Positions 25,546 through 39,914 are shown, counted from the stretch's first letter. The stretch is DNA of 64,000 bases from Camelus dromedarius (GCF_036321535.1 NC_087436.1:40612001-40676000); one strand, 5' to 3'. The notes: generated by a model not told the origin, from the letters alone. Made by a program: numbers and translations.

Positions 25546-28317
25546 GGGGTCTTGAACTAGAAAGTTTATCTGCTCTAGATCATGCATTTGTTTTTAGCAT
25601 CTAAGAGGTAATTCGTGCAAAATCATGTAATATTAAGAAGATTCACAAAACCATGCATAACTTGTGAAGAAGTATACAATTAGCATAATCCATTTAGTTA
25701 GAGTTTTAAAATAAAAAAGCGTAAGTAATGGAAATTTCTCATAACCATGAGGTAGGACTAGACTGTCACCAACCTGTTTATCTTTAGACTTAGGTTCTTT
25801 TTGTTATTGGTTTCCTGGTAAAGTGAAATAGACCTTGGGGAGTTAAGAAGTACACTGCTGGGAACAGAAAGCAATGATTCTGAGATAATAGCCTTGCCTC
25901 CTTTTAAATTAATTTTTGTAGAACACTTTAATGTCTTCTGGATATAATGATTGTAGTTCTTATAGCTACCCTTTGCTATGAATAAAGTGTAGTCTCACTG
26001 ATTAAAAATAACTCTTCTTTCCATTAGTTCCAAGTATGGCTGATTGATAATATTTCATTAAATTTCTATTCATGTGTAATTTGATTTTTAGATTTGGATA
26101 TAAATAGAAAATTACCCTTGATGTCTTTACTTTGGGCATGTGGGTGAGAATAACTTTTTTTCCAACTCAAGTGAGAATTCCAACACTGCTTTTCAAGTTT
26201 ATTGTTGTACTACAAGTAGCAGTGTTCTTACTTACATGAGTATACTTAAATTATTTCCCAGTAAATGGTATGGTAATCACTGCATACACATTCGTCATCT
26301 GTATCTCAATCACACTGAGACAAAATTAAAGTCAACAGCAGTACTTCCCTCCTTCAAGAAATCTTAATTTTCCCTGAAACAACAATTAATAAACATGAAA
26401 AGAATGTAGATGACAGAATCAAGAAGTAGATACAGATACAGTAGACATATTATAATAAAAAAGATAAATATCTTAGAATTACCAACCAAGCAATATTAAC
26501 TAGGAATAAAAAAACAGTAAAAAGGCAAAGAAAAATTTATATAATAAAATTAAAATTAACTATTCCAATTATATTAAAGTATACTATGAGCAGACATAAA
26601 GGGAAATTTAATTCATGCTCATGATTTGCTTTTTATCACAAAGTGTTTTTTTTTTTTTTAAAAAAAGCCCTAATCACCAAGGTGTTACTGTATTGCTCCA
26701 CTTGATTTCAGATAGTTCAATGAAAAAGTAATCCTATGAATGTATTTTAAGATCTTAGTCAGTTTTGCTAAGGATTTAAGTTCTTTACTATAGCTTTTTG
26801 CTGATCAGGGGCATTAAATTATACCTTCATGTTGTAGCAAACTCAATCTGGAAAGTCTAACTGATTCTGACTATAACATTCAAGTTAATTACAGTTTGTT
26901 TAGTAGCTGCAGAATATTGGGCAGTTAACCAAACTAGAAAAGACAAGGGTACTTAAAGCTGAGCAGAAACGTAACTTGTCCTGACTGATCCTATTATCTA
27001 TTAAGGACACATTATCCACACTAACACCCAAAGCAATCGAATGCAAGGTTATACACTAATGAAGTACATACTCTGATTTGAAAAAGGGACAAATAGTTTT
27101 ATGTCTAGAAATTATGTCTGACAACAAATTTACAATGTTCAAGGAGAGAAGGGGCAAGGGTGAGAGAGAGGCTGTGTCTGACTCTTATTGTCATGGCCGA
27201 CTCCAGGACTGTTCTTCCTATGGCAATAGTTTGTTATCGGCTAGTTTCCAGCTATCTGGTCATCTAATAAAATAAATCTATGTAGATATCATTCCTTGTT
27301 TCTGCCATCATATCAAATAATTTGATCATTTTAATATTATATGGAACATGGATATGAATATATTGTTGATACTTTTGCGATATTTAACAGAAAAATAAGC
27401 TAGTTTATTGAAAAAGTTTTGTGTCATGTATTGATCAATTTTCAAAAGGTACAATCAAAACAGGTAATCAGTTTCAAGAAACAAAATTAAATCAAAGGTC
27501 AAAAACTCCCAAATCTAGTCTCAATGTCATTGAAATGCAAGGAGTTCTATTTATATTCAAAAGAATATGGTCAATATTTTTGACATGGTTAAGTTAATTT
27601 TTATACTTATGATGTATTTATTTAATAATCTAGTAACATACTTTATGAAGCAATATGTTTTTTTTAATAGGGTCAAACAAAGATCCAAAATAAAACTACA
27701 TGAATTCTGCCATATTACAAGTGTCTGGTCACTGGTCGAGGGGGACAAAAAAAAAATATGGACTTACCTTTCAGTAGGATCAACTTTCTGATCCTGCTCT
27801 GCTGCAAGTTACCAAATACCTTGGAACATGGGTTTCGTCTACAAAAGATAAAACAAGACACTCATTTCAAGGGTGGTTTTACAGATTAAATTTTATCACA
27901 GTTTCTTTTTTTTAATTGAAGTATAGTTGATTTACAATGTTTTGTTAGTTTCTGGTGTATAGCATAGTAGTCCAGTTTTATACATATATCTTTCTTTCAA
28001 ATTATTTTCCATTATAGTTTATTACAAGATACTGAATATAGTTCCCTGTATTATACAGTAGGAACTTGTTGTTTATTTTATATATAGTAGCGTGTATCTG
28101 TTAATCCCAAACTCCTAATTTATCCCTCCCCGCCTTTCCCTGTGGTAACCATAAATTGTTTTTCTGTGTGTGAGTCTGTTTCTATTTTTGAGTTCATTTG
28201 TATCTTTTTTTTTTTTAGATTCCACATGTAGGTGATATCATATGATATTTGTCTTTCTCTGTCTGACTTAGTATTATAATCTCTGGGTCCATCCATATTG
28301 CTCCAAATGACATTCTT

Positions 28318-28662
28318 TCTTTTTATTGACGTATATAGTTAGTTTACAATGTTGTGTCAATTTCTGGTGTACAGCATAATGCTTCAGTCATACATGAATA
28401 TACATATATTTGTTTTCATACACTTTTTCACCATAAGCTACTACAGGATATCAAATATAGTTCCCTGTGCTATACAGTATAAACTTGTTTATCTATTTTG
28501 TATATACCAGTCAGTATCTGCAAATCTCAAACTCCCAATTTATCCCTTCCCACCCCTTTCCTCGCTGTTAACCATAAGTTTGTTTTCTATGTCTGTAACT
28601 CTGTTTGTTTTATATATAAGTTCATTTGTCTTTTTTTTTAGATTCCACATATGAGTGATACT
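28318..28662 (-). mobile_element. Nested younger L1 3' tail
   Basis: A second L1 3'UTR restarts (ttttattgacgtatatagttagtttacaatgttgtgtc) inside the first; the host resumes at tttttaatgactgaataatattcc. Confidence 0.85.
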
Positions 28663-28691
28663 GTTTTTAATGACTGAATAATATTCCATTG

Positions 28692-28745
28692 TATGTTTAT
28701 GTGTGTGTGTATGTATATATATGTATATATGTGTGTGTATATGTA

Positions 28746-28797
<52 letters not shown>
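28692..28797. repeat. Compound (TG)n/(TA)n microsatellite inside an L1 3'UTR
   Basis: gtgtgtgtgtatgtatatat...tatatatatatatata. Confidence 0.92.
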
Positions 28798-28798
<1 letters not shown>

Positions 28799-31690
28799 CA
28801 TCTTTATTCATCTATCTATGGACATTTAGGTTGTTTCCATGTCTTCGCAACTGTAAGTAGTGCTGCTGTGAACATTGGGGTGCATGTATCTTTTCGAATT
28901 AGAGTTTTCTCCAGATATATATCCAGGAGTGGGATTGCACAATCATACAGTACATACTGTTCTCCATAGTGGTTGCACCAATTTACATTCCCACCGACAG
29001 TTGTAGGAGGGTTCCTTTTTCTCCACACCCTCTCCAGCATTTATTATTTCTGTACTTTCTGATGATGGCCAGTCTGATTGGTGTGAGGTAATATCCCATT
29101 GTAGTTTTGATTTTTATTTCTCTAGTAATTAGAAATGTTGAGCATCTTTTCATGTGCCTATTGTCCATCTTTCATGTCTTTTTTGGAGAAATGTCTGTTC
29201 AGGTCTTCTGTCCATTTTTTGATTGGGTTGTTTTTTTGATAGTGAGATGTTTGTATATTCTGGAAATTAAGCTCCGGTCAGTCACATCATTTGCAAATAT
29301 TTTCTCCCATTCTGTAGGTTGTTTTTTCATTTTGTTTATAGTTTCATTTACTGTGCAAAAGCTTCTAATTTTGATTAGGTCCTATTTGTTTATTTTTGCT
29401 TTTCTTTTGCCTTGGGAAACTGCCCTATGAAAACATTGCTATGATTTATGTCAGAGAATGTTTTGTCTGTTTTCTTTTAGGAGTTTTATGGCATCATGTC
29501 TTAAGTTTAAATCTTTAAGCCATTTTGAGGTTTTTTTTGTGTATGGTGTAAGGGAGTGTTTTAACTTCACTGATTTACATGCACTGTCCAGCTTTCCCAA
29601 CACCACTTGAAGAGACTGTAAAGATTAAATTTTATAATAAATTGTATATAGAGTCCCTCTCTTGCATATGGACGTGTCACAGAGCAATGCTAAGTGTTAG
29701 CTCTTTGCTCTCCCATCCACCCCTCCTTACTAGTTTATACCCATAGACATTAAGAGTTAATTTTAAAGATCCTGAATAAAACAGAAAGCCGAATTATAAA
29801 AGTGCTGTTTCCCAGAGTTTTGTTCTTGTAGTCCTTTGGGTACCAATTTTAAGAATCATCTTTCAGTATGTTATCTTTGTTTCATATTTGTATATGTTCA
29901 CTTTTAGCTCCCTCTTTTTCTACTCATCCCAGTTTTAAAATTCACTTACTTTGAAATGTATATAATTCTTTTACACTTCTAATAATTTTAGAAATGTTGG
30001 CATTTTCTAAAGTATATTTTCTCCATTGTACATGCAAAATTAAAACACCATGGTAAATAAATCATTGATAAAGAAAAAAAAACTATACATGAATGGAGAA
30101 TGAAAGGGAAATGTTTTCATTTAAAAAAAATGCAGTCCTGAAAATCTGTAAGAGCTCAATGCTTAGCTGTGTGATGCTGGATAGTTTGTGTATTTTATAT
30201 AAGACCTGGTGTTCTTACATGCAAAATGAAAACATTAACAGATATTACACAATATTACAAACAAGGCTACATTAGTAGTCCCTGTCTAATATAGTTATTT
30301 CAAGGAACAAAAGAAATCATAAAGCCTTAAGCATTGTGTTTGACAAACAGTAAATATGTAAAAAGTAATCAGTGTTGCTATATTACAAAAGAGTGAGGTA
30401 CTTGAGATGAGATGATTACATTCAACAGGACTTTGTTGTTGGATGTGCCCAGTGAAAAGTGGTAATATATTTAATTCTCTTTACTTTCCAGAAGACTATC
30501 CATCCTCCTAAATTTCATATATATCCTCTTTTCTTAAGAGTTTCAAATAGTTGATAATGGTCACTAGAGAAGCATCAGAGATTGGGTTATGTTTTTCTCA
30601 AACTGTAATTATAAACTAATTTTTGGAAGTTAACTTTAGGAAATAATTTTATTAGAAATTCTTACTAATCGGATACAGCTTAGATAAAACTCACAGAATC
30701 AATTGGGGGAAATTTGCTTCTAGAGAATACAGAGAGTTTAGTTCACTCTAATCCCCTTCCCTGTTCTAATTCCTCTCCTCTTTCTACCCACTGTGTTTCC
30801 ATATGTCGTCAGTGGGTTACTCTAGTGTTACCTTGTTTATTTCACTATACCTCATTAGTATCTGTTTCATCCCCCAAGAGATGCGGGTTCAAACCAAGTA
30901 AGCTATCCTTTCAGGATTCTCAGAAAATGCATCATTTTGCCAAATTTTTTCCTGAACATAGTGCGTGATTACCAGTATTGATTCTTCTTTTCGTATTTTT
31001 ACATTATCAAGATTTGGCTGGGTGATCAAAATGTGTATCTGTCCCTTCAGGCTAGAATATAGGAGAATCCACATCTGTAATTTATAGATACATACCAGCT
31101 TAATGGAAAAGTAAACAGACTCCTTCTCTGTGTTTATAGAAAACAAACTGGCTATATTGTCAGGCAGATGAGTACCCAACAGAGGAGAGTGAACATACAT
31201 ACATATTAAGAGAGAAAATCTGCAAATTGGAAACATGAAAAGAGTAGGTAGCACAAGGAAATTCTCAACATTACTTGGTATATAGAATGTGTCTCACACT
31301 CTGAGGAAAAAAAAAGAATGTGGATTTGGGCAATAGTTACCAAACGATTTTGCTTGTTGAGAGGTTGGATATTATATACAGAAGTGTATCCAAGTTTTAT
31401 AAACCCCTACATAGAACTTTTAACTAGAGCAATTAATTTTCTTTCTCTTACGTATAATTATGCTGAGAAGTTTGGAAAACCTGGAGCAAACTTGCTTACT
31501 AATTAGCTTTTCTCAACTTCTCACAAATCATAGTTACACCAAGGCATCAATACTGATGATTGTCAAAAGGAGAGTAAGAAAAGCACAGCAATATATAAGC
31601 TACTTTAGTTTAACATTTCAATAAAATATTTAAACTATAGAGTAAGAGAAGAATGAAACTGATTCTATCTTCTCCTACTACTTTCATATC

Positions 31691-33144
31691 TTTTTTAAAA
31701 AATTGAAGTATAGTTGATGTACAATTTTATGTTACAGGTGTATGATAGAGTAATTCACAATACAGGTTATGCTCAATACAGGTTATTATAAAATATTGGC
31801 TATATTCCCTGTGTTATACAATATATCCTTTTAACTTATTTTATACCTAATTGTACCTATTAATCCCCTGCCCCCATGCTGCCTCCCCACTTCCCTTTTC
31901 CAACTGATAACCACTAATTTGTTCTCTGTATCTATGAGTTAGCTTCTTTTTTGTTATATTCACTAGTTTTTTGTATTTTTTAGGTGCCATATATAAGTCA
32001 TATAGTATTTGTCTTTCTCTGTCTGACCTATTTCACTTAGCATAAACCCTCCAAGTCCATCCATGTTGTTGCAAATGACAAAATTTAATTCATTTCTATG
32101 GTTAAGTAGTATTCCATTCTACATCTACTCCATCTTCTTTATCCATTCATCTCTTGATGAATACTTAGGTTGCTTCCATACCTTGGCAATTGTAAATAAT
32201 GCTGCTATGAACATTGGGGTGCATGTATCTTTTTGACTTAGTTATTTTGGGTTTTTGGTATATACCCAGAAGTGGAATTGCTGGGTCATAAAGTAGTTCT
32301 ATTTTTAGTTTTTTGAAAAAGCTCCATGCTGTTTTCCACAGTGGCTCCACCAATTTATATTTCCACCAACAGTGTATGAGGGTTCCCTTTTCTCCACATC
32401 TTCATCAACATTTTTAAATTTTCTTTCTGATGGTAGCCATTCTGACAGGCATGAGGTGATATTTCATTGTAGTTTTGATTTGCATTTTCCCAGTGATTAG
32501 TGACATTGAGTGTCTTTTTATGTGCCTGTTGGCCATATGCATGTCTTCTTTGGAAAAAATGTCTTTTTCAGTCAGGTTGTTTTTCTGATGTTGAGTTTTA
32601 TGAGCTGTTTATATATGTTGGAGATTAACCCATTATTGGCTGTATCATTTGCAAATATTTTGTCCCATTCAGTGGTTTGTCCTTTCATTTTGTGGATGGT
32701 TTCCTTTGCTGTGCATAAGCTTTTAAGTTTAATTAGTTCCCATTTGTTTATTTTTACTTTTATATCCTTTACTTTAGGAGACAGCCAAAAATATATATTG
32801 CTATGATTTGGATCAAAGAGTGTTCTGCCTATGTTTTCCTTTAGAAGTTTTATGGTTTCTAGTCTTAAATTTAGGTCTTTAATCCATTTTGAGTTTATTT
32901 TTGTATATGGTGTTAGAGAATGCCCTAGTTTCATTCTTTTACGTAGCTGTCCATTTTTCCCAACCACTTATTGAATTGATTATCTTTTCTCCATTGTATA
33001 TTTTTGCCTCCTTTGTCATTGATTGATAATAATTATCATTATTCTAGTTCTGTGAAAAATGCCATTGGCATTTTGATTGGGATTGCACTGAATCTGTATA
33101 TTGCCTTGGGTAGTATGATCATTTTAACAATTTTAATTCTTCCA
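31691..33144 (-). mobile_element. L1, non-inverted 3' part of a twin-primed insertion
   Basis: poly-T plus L1 3'[36 protein letters not shown] is ORF2. Confidence 0.92.
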
Positions 33145-33714
33145 GAAAGTGGTCATAGAGGGAACATACCTCAACATAATAAAGGCCACATATGACAAAC
33201 CCACAGCTAACATCACACTCAGTGGTTAAAAGCTGAAAGCATTTCTTCTAAGATCAGGGACAGGACATGGAAGCGCACTCTCACCACTTTAATTCAACAT
33301 AAAACACAGTATTGGAAGCCCTACCCACAGCAATCAGACAAGAAAAACAAATAAAATAAATTCAAATTGGAATGGAAGAAGTAATACTGTCACTGTTTTC
33401 AGATGACATAATAGTATACATAGAAAATCCTAAACATGCCACCAGAAAACTATCAGAGCTTATCAATGAATTCTGTAAATTTGCAGGCCATGAAATTCAT
33501 ATATAAAAATCTGCTGCATTTGTATACACTAAGAACAAACCATTAAAAAGAGAAATTAAGGACATAATTCTATTTACCATAACATTAAAAAGAATAAAAT
33601 ACCTAGGAATAAATTTACCAAAATTAGTAGAAGACCTGTACTTGGAAAACTGCAAGACACCAGTGAAAGACATTTAAGATGACACAAACAGATTGAAAAA
33701 TGTAGCATGTTCTC
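33145..33714 (+). mobile_element. Inverted 5' segment (ORF2 RT region) of the same L1
   Basis: Sense-strand ORF2: atatgacaaacccacagctaacatc..gcagatgacat-like ttcagatgacata..aaaatacctaggaataaatttacc..; ends at catgttctc next to the TSD. Confidence 0.9.
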
Positions 33715-34604
33715 CTACTATTTTAACATAGTAGTATATGGAATGATGGAGGGTCAGTACAAAGGTTTTATAAAAAATCAGTACCTTGAGGAAATATTAA
33801 AATAATAACAGTTATTCAATGATAATGATAACTAAACTGCTACTTTTTAAAACAATATGATTTTAAGTACTAGAAAATAAATTTCTTTTGAGAAAACATG
33901 TTATCTTCTGGGAGAAGTAGATTTTGATTATTGCACTTTTATATCATGGATGCATTTATATAAACTATATCTACAATTTTTCTAATGAATTTATGTGAAA
34001 TCAACAAAAATTGAAAAACAGTGTAGAAATTCTCTTTTAACTAGCATCTTGTTTCTTCTTCCAGAAAGCACGTCTTTTTTGCATACATGTTATGAATAAT
34101 CATGTATTGTCTGACACTTAAATAATCTGGAAACTAATTCAGGGATATCATATGAAGAAAATATATTTTCTTTTCTACCAGTTGAGGTTTTTATATTTAG
34201 CTAGCTATACTCTACATTGATTGCAGTATTTAAAGTACTTACGGGGGTACTTAGCCAGCTGAATAAGAAAACCTATATCATATTTTAGAAAACAAAATCT
34301 GTTTTCTTATTTTAGTAATTTTAAGAGCATATAGCAGATGTGAATATTAAATTAGAGATATTTGAAAATATATTAAATGAAATTAAATTTAATATGTGAA
34401 AAAGATTTCCCACATTTAAATATTTCAAGGCCTTTTAAAATCTAATTTCTGTCAAATGTTTTTCTTTATTTTATAGAGCATGCTTTATTAATATTTCTAA
34501 TGTCCTATAAAATGTTTTATTTTCTCTTAGAAAAAAAATTGGTGAGAAAATAGTATTTATATTTACAAGTTGTGCCTAAGCAGTAAGTGTAGCATTATTT
34601 TTCA

Positions 34605-34890
34605 GTCAATGGGCTTTATTTTTTAGGAGAATTTTAGACTTACAGAAATTTTGAGCATGTGGTACAGAATTCATGTGCACACACAGTTCCTCAGTTATTA
34701 TTAATAGCTTTCTTTAGTCCACTAGTTACATTTAATAAACCAATATTGATGCATTATTAATTAAAGTCCATAGTTTACATTAAGGGTCATTCTCATTGTA
34801 TGTTCAATAGGTTTTGACAATGCATTTGTATGGTATATACAATTGTATGAATGGTGTATAAGTATACACCATTGTGGTGTCATAAGGCAT
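34605..34890 (-). mobile_element. L1MC-type 3'UTR fragment
   Basis: ccaatattgatgcattattaattaaagtccatagtttacattaagggtca. Confidence 0.7.
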
Positions 34891-34949
34891 AATTAAGTAC
34901 GTAGGAGTTGCTCAAAACACAAGATAATTTAAGAACAGGAATTTGAATT

Positions 34950-37900
34950 CTGTTATTCATTCCTTTTGCTAACTTTGGGCTTAATTTTTCTTCTTTTTCT
35001 AGTTCTTGGAGGTGTTTATTTGATATCTTTCTAATTCTTAATATATATATATATATATGGCTGTAAACTTTCTTCTCAGAACTGCTTTTGTTGCATTTTA
35101 TAAATTTTGATATGTTGTATTTCTACTTTAATTTGTTTTGAGATAATTTTACTGCTCTTTTAATTTCTTCTTTGACCCCTTGGATGTTCAGAAGTGTGTT
35201 GTCCAGTTGCCACCTATTTGTAGATGTTCCACCTTTCCTCGTGTCATTGATTTCTAGTTTCATACCATTGTGGTCAGAAAAGACAGTTGGTATGACTTCA
35301 GTCTCCTTAAATTTGCTAAGACTTGTCTTGGGTTCCATCATATGTTCTATCCTAGAGAATGGTCTATGTGCACTTGAGAAGAATGTGTATTCTGCTGCTG
35401 TTGAATTAAATATTCAATATATGTTAAGTCTATTTGTTCTAAAGTGTAGTTCAATTCCATCGTTTCCTTGTTGATCTTCTGTCTGGATGATCTACCCATT
35501 GCTAATAGTAGATTATTGAACTCCCCTACTACTATTCTATTGGTGTCTATTTCTCCCTTTAGAACTGTTAGCATTAGCTTAGTATATTTTGGTGCTTTGA
35601 TATTGGGGCATATATATATTTATGACTGTTGTATCTTCTTGATGTATTGACCCCTTTATTGTTATGTAACAATCTTCTTTGTTTCTTATCACTGTTTTTG
35701 GCTTGAAGTCTATTTTGTCTGAGGTAAGTATGGATGTCCACGCTTTCTTTGGCTTCTTTTTCCATTTCTTTGCTCTGAGCCTATGTGTCTTAGAGCTAAA
35801 ATTAGTATCCTATAAGCAGCATATAGTTGAATCTTATTTTTTTAATCTATACACTCCTTCCAGTCTTTTGATTGGTGAATTCAGTTCATTTACGTTTAGA
35901 GTTATTATGGATACATAAGGACTTACTATTGCTATCTTATCATTTGCCTTTTATTTCTTTTCTATCTCTATTATTTTTCCCTCTGTTCCTACTACCTTCA
36001 TACATTGGTGGTTTTCTATGGCGATATAATCAATTTCTCTCTTTTTTATGTTTTGTAAATTTACTCTAGATTTTTGCTTTGTGATTACCATAAGACTTAC
36101 TTAACATAAAACATCTCATAAACAATATAGTCCATTTTATTCTGATAGCAACTTATCTTTATTTACCTAGAAAGGTTACACCCTTTTTACTCCTCTTTTA
36201 TATTTTAATGTCACAATTCAGCTCTTTTTATGCTATGAATTTGTTAACAAGTATGGTAGCTATAGTTTTAATGCTTTTTTCTTTAACCTTGATACTGTAA
36301 TTAACATTCTAACACAGAGTTACAGTTTTTAAATTCTGAATGTCTATTTTTTACATTTACTACAGTGTTGTGTACTTTCATGCTTTTATGCACTACAGCA
36401 TCTTTTCATTTCAGCTTGAAGAACTCCTTTCAGCATTTCTTGCAAGGCAGTCTGGTGATGAACTCCCTCAGCTTTTGTTTGTCTGAGAAAGCCTTTATTT
36501 CTCCTTTATGCCTGAAGGATAACTTTGCCAGACAAAACATTCTTAGCTGGCTGTTTTTATCTTTTAACATTTTAAGTATGTAATCCCATTCTCTTCTGGC
36601 TTATTGAGTTTCTGCTGAGAAATCTGCTGATAGGCTAGTGGAGATTTCTTTGTAAGTTACTTTCTTTTTTCCCCTGGTCACCTTTAAGATTCTTTATGAT
36701 TGATCTTTGACAGTTTTTTTTATAATGTGTCTTCAACAAGGTTGTTTTGCATTGAGATAACAGAGTGTCCTAATAGCTTCATAGACTTGTATGTCCAATT
36801 CTTTTCCCAGTATTGGGAATTCTCAGCCATTATTTCTTTAAATAAACTTTCTGGCCCCATCACTCTTTCTCCTCCTTCTGCTATGCACATTATTCTTATA
36901 TTTGCTTTTGTGATTGATTGTGATTGCTCTCATATGGTTTCTTGATTTTTAAAATACCTTAGTTCTCTCTCTTCTTGTAACTGAATCTTTTCTAAATTCC
37001 TGTCCTAAATCTTTTATTCTTCCATTTGATCTGCCCTATTTCTTAATTTCTTCAATGCATTCTTAATCTCATTCATTGAACTCTTCAGTTATAGAATTTC
37101 TATTTGACTCTTTTTATAATTTCAATGTTTGGCAAAGAACTACTTATGTTCATTAATTTTATTCCTGAATGCATTTAATTGCCTTTTTGAGTTTTCTTCT
37201 AGCTAAATTAACTTCTTCATAACAGTTATTTTGAAATCTTTACTAGTTAGATCACAATATTCCATGCCTTTCAGTTTGTTTGCCTGAAAATTATCATTTT
37301 ATTTTTGTGATATCACATTTCCTTGTATTTTCATAGCATTTGCCAGTATACACTTCTGCTTTTATGTTTGAAATAGTGGACACCTTCCACGGTTTAGTTA
37401 AGGATTTGTTTTCTTTAGGTCTTAAAGCTCAACAGGCTGGCAATTAGAAACCTTTCTTTTGTACTCCAGAAGGTGGTGCTACGGCCCTGGCTTTTGGTTT
37501 TCTCTGTGGGGCTGGTTCTCGTGGCTTCGCTCAGGAGTGAGCACAAGGAACTGGCAGCGGAGTGGAGGGGGGTGTAGGCTTAACACCTGGAGCTTTCTGT
37601 GTGCTTATGGGCCTGATAGGGGGTTCCTGGAGTGGGGGGTTCCCAGAGCTCCGTGGGGAGACCCACTGCTGACATCCCAAAGCAAGAACAGGAAATGTGT
37701 TTCTTCAGTGCCCTTTGATATTCCTGTCTGCCTCCTTCTCTTTCCCCTCCCTCACCCTAATCATTGATCTCCCTCCTCAGAAACAAGAGTGCTGCTAAAA
37801 AAAGAAAAAGAAACAGATGTCTCCAACTGCAGTCCACACAGCCAGGCAGCCTGTCACTTGCCATTTCTACTTTCCTCCTCCGCTGCCGGAAACATAGCCA

Positions 37901-38328
37901 CTGCAGCCACCACAAACTAAGCACTTGGCAGTATCTCTCTTGGGAGGGAAGCCACCTTGGTGTGTTCCTCCCTGCCCTCTGCCTCTAAACTCATCTCTAT
38001 CCCACTCCCTGGTGTCTGGATTCTCCCTGCAGGCATACTGGACCTCCACAGATTATCTCCTGTGGCCGCCCACCACCCTGTTGTGCACTCTTCAAGTTCC
38101 CTTTTTCCTGATTGCAGCAAGTAGGGGTGGGGCTGGTTAACTGACTCTCTTGGATCACAGCCCCCTCTTATCCACCCACCCTCAGATGCACAGGTGGGTA
38201 GAAATCTCCCAGATTACCTGGTATAATGTGTTGAAGCACTTTTGTTTGGTATGGATGTCTAGCTAGTTGTAAATCAAAGAGGAAAAAAGGAAAGGTTCAT
38301 GGTTCCATGATGCTGATGACGCTTCTCC
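34950..38328 (-). mobile_element. 5' half of an L1 (5'UTR, ORF1, ORF2 endonuclease), 3' end missing
   Basis: ORF2-EN pieces (LKGEIDTNRIVVGEFN, FSDHNGMKLEIN), antisense ORF1 motifs (gtgatgaactccctcagcttttg), GC-richer 5'UTR at about 37450-38328 ending ccatgatgctgatgacgcttctcc. Confidence 0.88.
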
Positions 38329-39914
38329 ACATTTGCTATCTTCACCTCTGGCATGATGGCTGAGATCCAAGGGTAAGCATCCAAAGGTTTTTGTTTGTTT
38401 TGGTTGGTTGTTTGCCAACCAAAATCCCTAGTCATAACCATCACCCACTTTTAAATTGACTTTGGGTCACATTTTCTGTTTCTTCACATTTCTTGCGTAT
38501 TTAAAACATTATGTACTGAACATTGTGGATGATATGTTGTAGATATTCTTAATTCTGTGAACTTGCTCAGGGCAGATTCAGTTTTTGTTCAAGCAGGCAT
38601 TTATATTATTTGCTGTTTTACTTCAGCTTGTGCAGTAGTGATTTTAGACCTTTATTATGAGATATTTTTTATTTTGTCCTTAGTATAAGGGGAGTAAATC
38701 CATTTATAATGAATATGATCATTAATAAACAACATATGAGAGTGTACTGAAGGTAGAAAAGATTCTCATTTGAGGAATTAAGGGAGGCTTAACAGTGGAT
38801 GCTACTTTTCAGGTAATTATCTTCTCTTCAGTTATAATTCTCTAAATCATTACCTCATAACCCTGTATCATTGACCTACACATATTGATTATCATTGCTT
38901 TCTTATTAACTTCAATTCTACCATACTTGGATTCCTCCCATCAAAATATAAACATAAGTATATCTAGTATGAAAAGAATCTAACACACACACCAAAAATA
39001 ACAACAACAACAACAAACCTAAATATTTTAGCTACCCATGGCCTTTCACTCACCATGTTTTTTTTCCCACTGCTAAACATCTACCTTGTCTAAATTCTAT
39101 CTACTTATCTATTTCCTATTCTGATACTTCTCAACCCATTACACTTGGCTTTTATGCTCTTGCCAATATGACTAAAGATATTCTGATCATAACATTACTG
39201 GCACTAAGTACAATAGATACCAATTTTTTCTGAGACAAGAAAATAGAGTTAAATTTTACAGTGTCCAAATTTATATTTATATTAAAACTATACTCAGTTT
39301 AATATTTTAGGTGTCAAAAAAAGAATCAGGAAAAGTAATCTCCAGTATGTATATTGCAGACTTGTAGATATTTTTAAATCTCATTTAGAAGTTCATTAGT
39401 ACTCAATTCAAATAATTATCTATATTCTGAAAGCAATCTATGGAAAATATATAAAAATTACCAAAATAACAATTAATGGTGGTGTAAATATAGATATCAG
39501 TAATATTTATTGAGCAACCACCTTGCTCACATCTTTGAAGTAGGTGACAGAAATTTGAATACTTTCCTGTTACCGTAATCTTTGAGATAAAAAAAAGAAA
39601 TTTTTTATCTTGAGGGAAAATCAGTATAGTATTTTCTTATATTAATCTTATTTATTTTCTAAGCTAAGTTTCTTAGTGGTTATTGCAAAGTAGCATCACC
39701 AAACATCAAATTGTTAACTGTTTTTTTGAAGGCAGTGGTTTTGTTTGGTTACCGAAGGCATTATTCAAATTCATGAAATAGTTGAAGTTAAACTTTCTCC
39801 ATCAGGTAGAAATGAGTGAAGCACATTTTTTTTCAAAAGATGTTCAGTCAGTCATTGATTTGGATTTAACAGTTAAAAACCGCAATTCAAAATCGTAAGT
39901 CTAGGCTCTGTAAA

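Larger units (their letters stand above)
27905..29620 (-). mobile_element. L1 3' fragment containing a nested younger L1 tail
   Basis: poly-T plus aattgaagtatagttga; ORF2 C-terminus DTCTPMFTAALLTVAKTWKQPKCP; agattaaattttat duplicated at 27883-27896 and 29622-29635. Confidence 0.9.
27790..29705 (+). mobile_element. MIR split by an L1 insertion (MIR halves about 27790-27896 and 29636-29705)
   Basis: gggtggttttacagattaaa resumes after the L1 as aataaattgtatatagag..gtcacagagcaatgctaagtgttagct. Confidence 0.5.

Noticed and set aside
32572..32967. 131-aa ORF and the other ORF2-like peptides across the window
   Set aside because: Fragments of decayed L1 ORF2; not host genes and not an intact L1
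22110..38328. Idea that the L1 at 22110-25545 and the 5' half at 34950-38328 are one full-length element split by insertions
   Set aside because: They overlap by roughly 250 nt of the same ORF2 region (both contain the tttgaccc..tgg..gttcag segment) with different sequence, so they are independent copies
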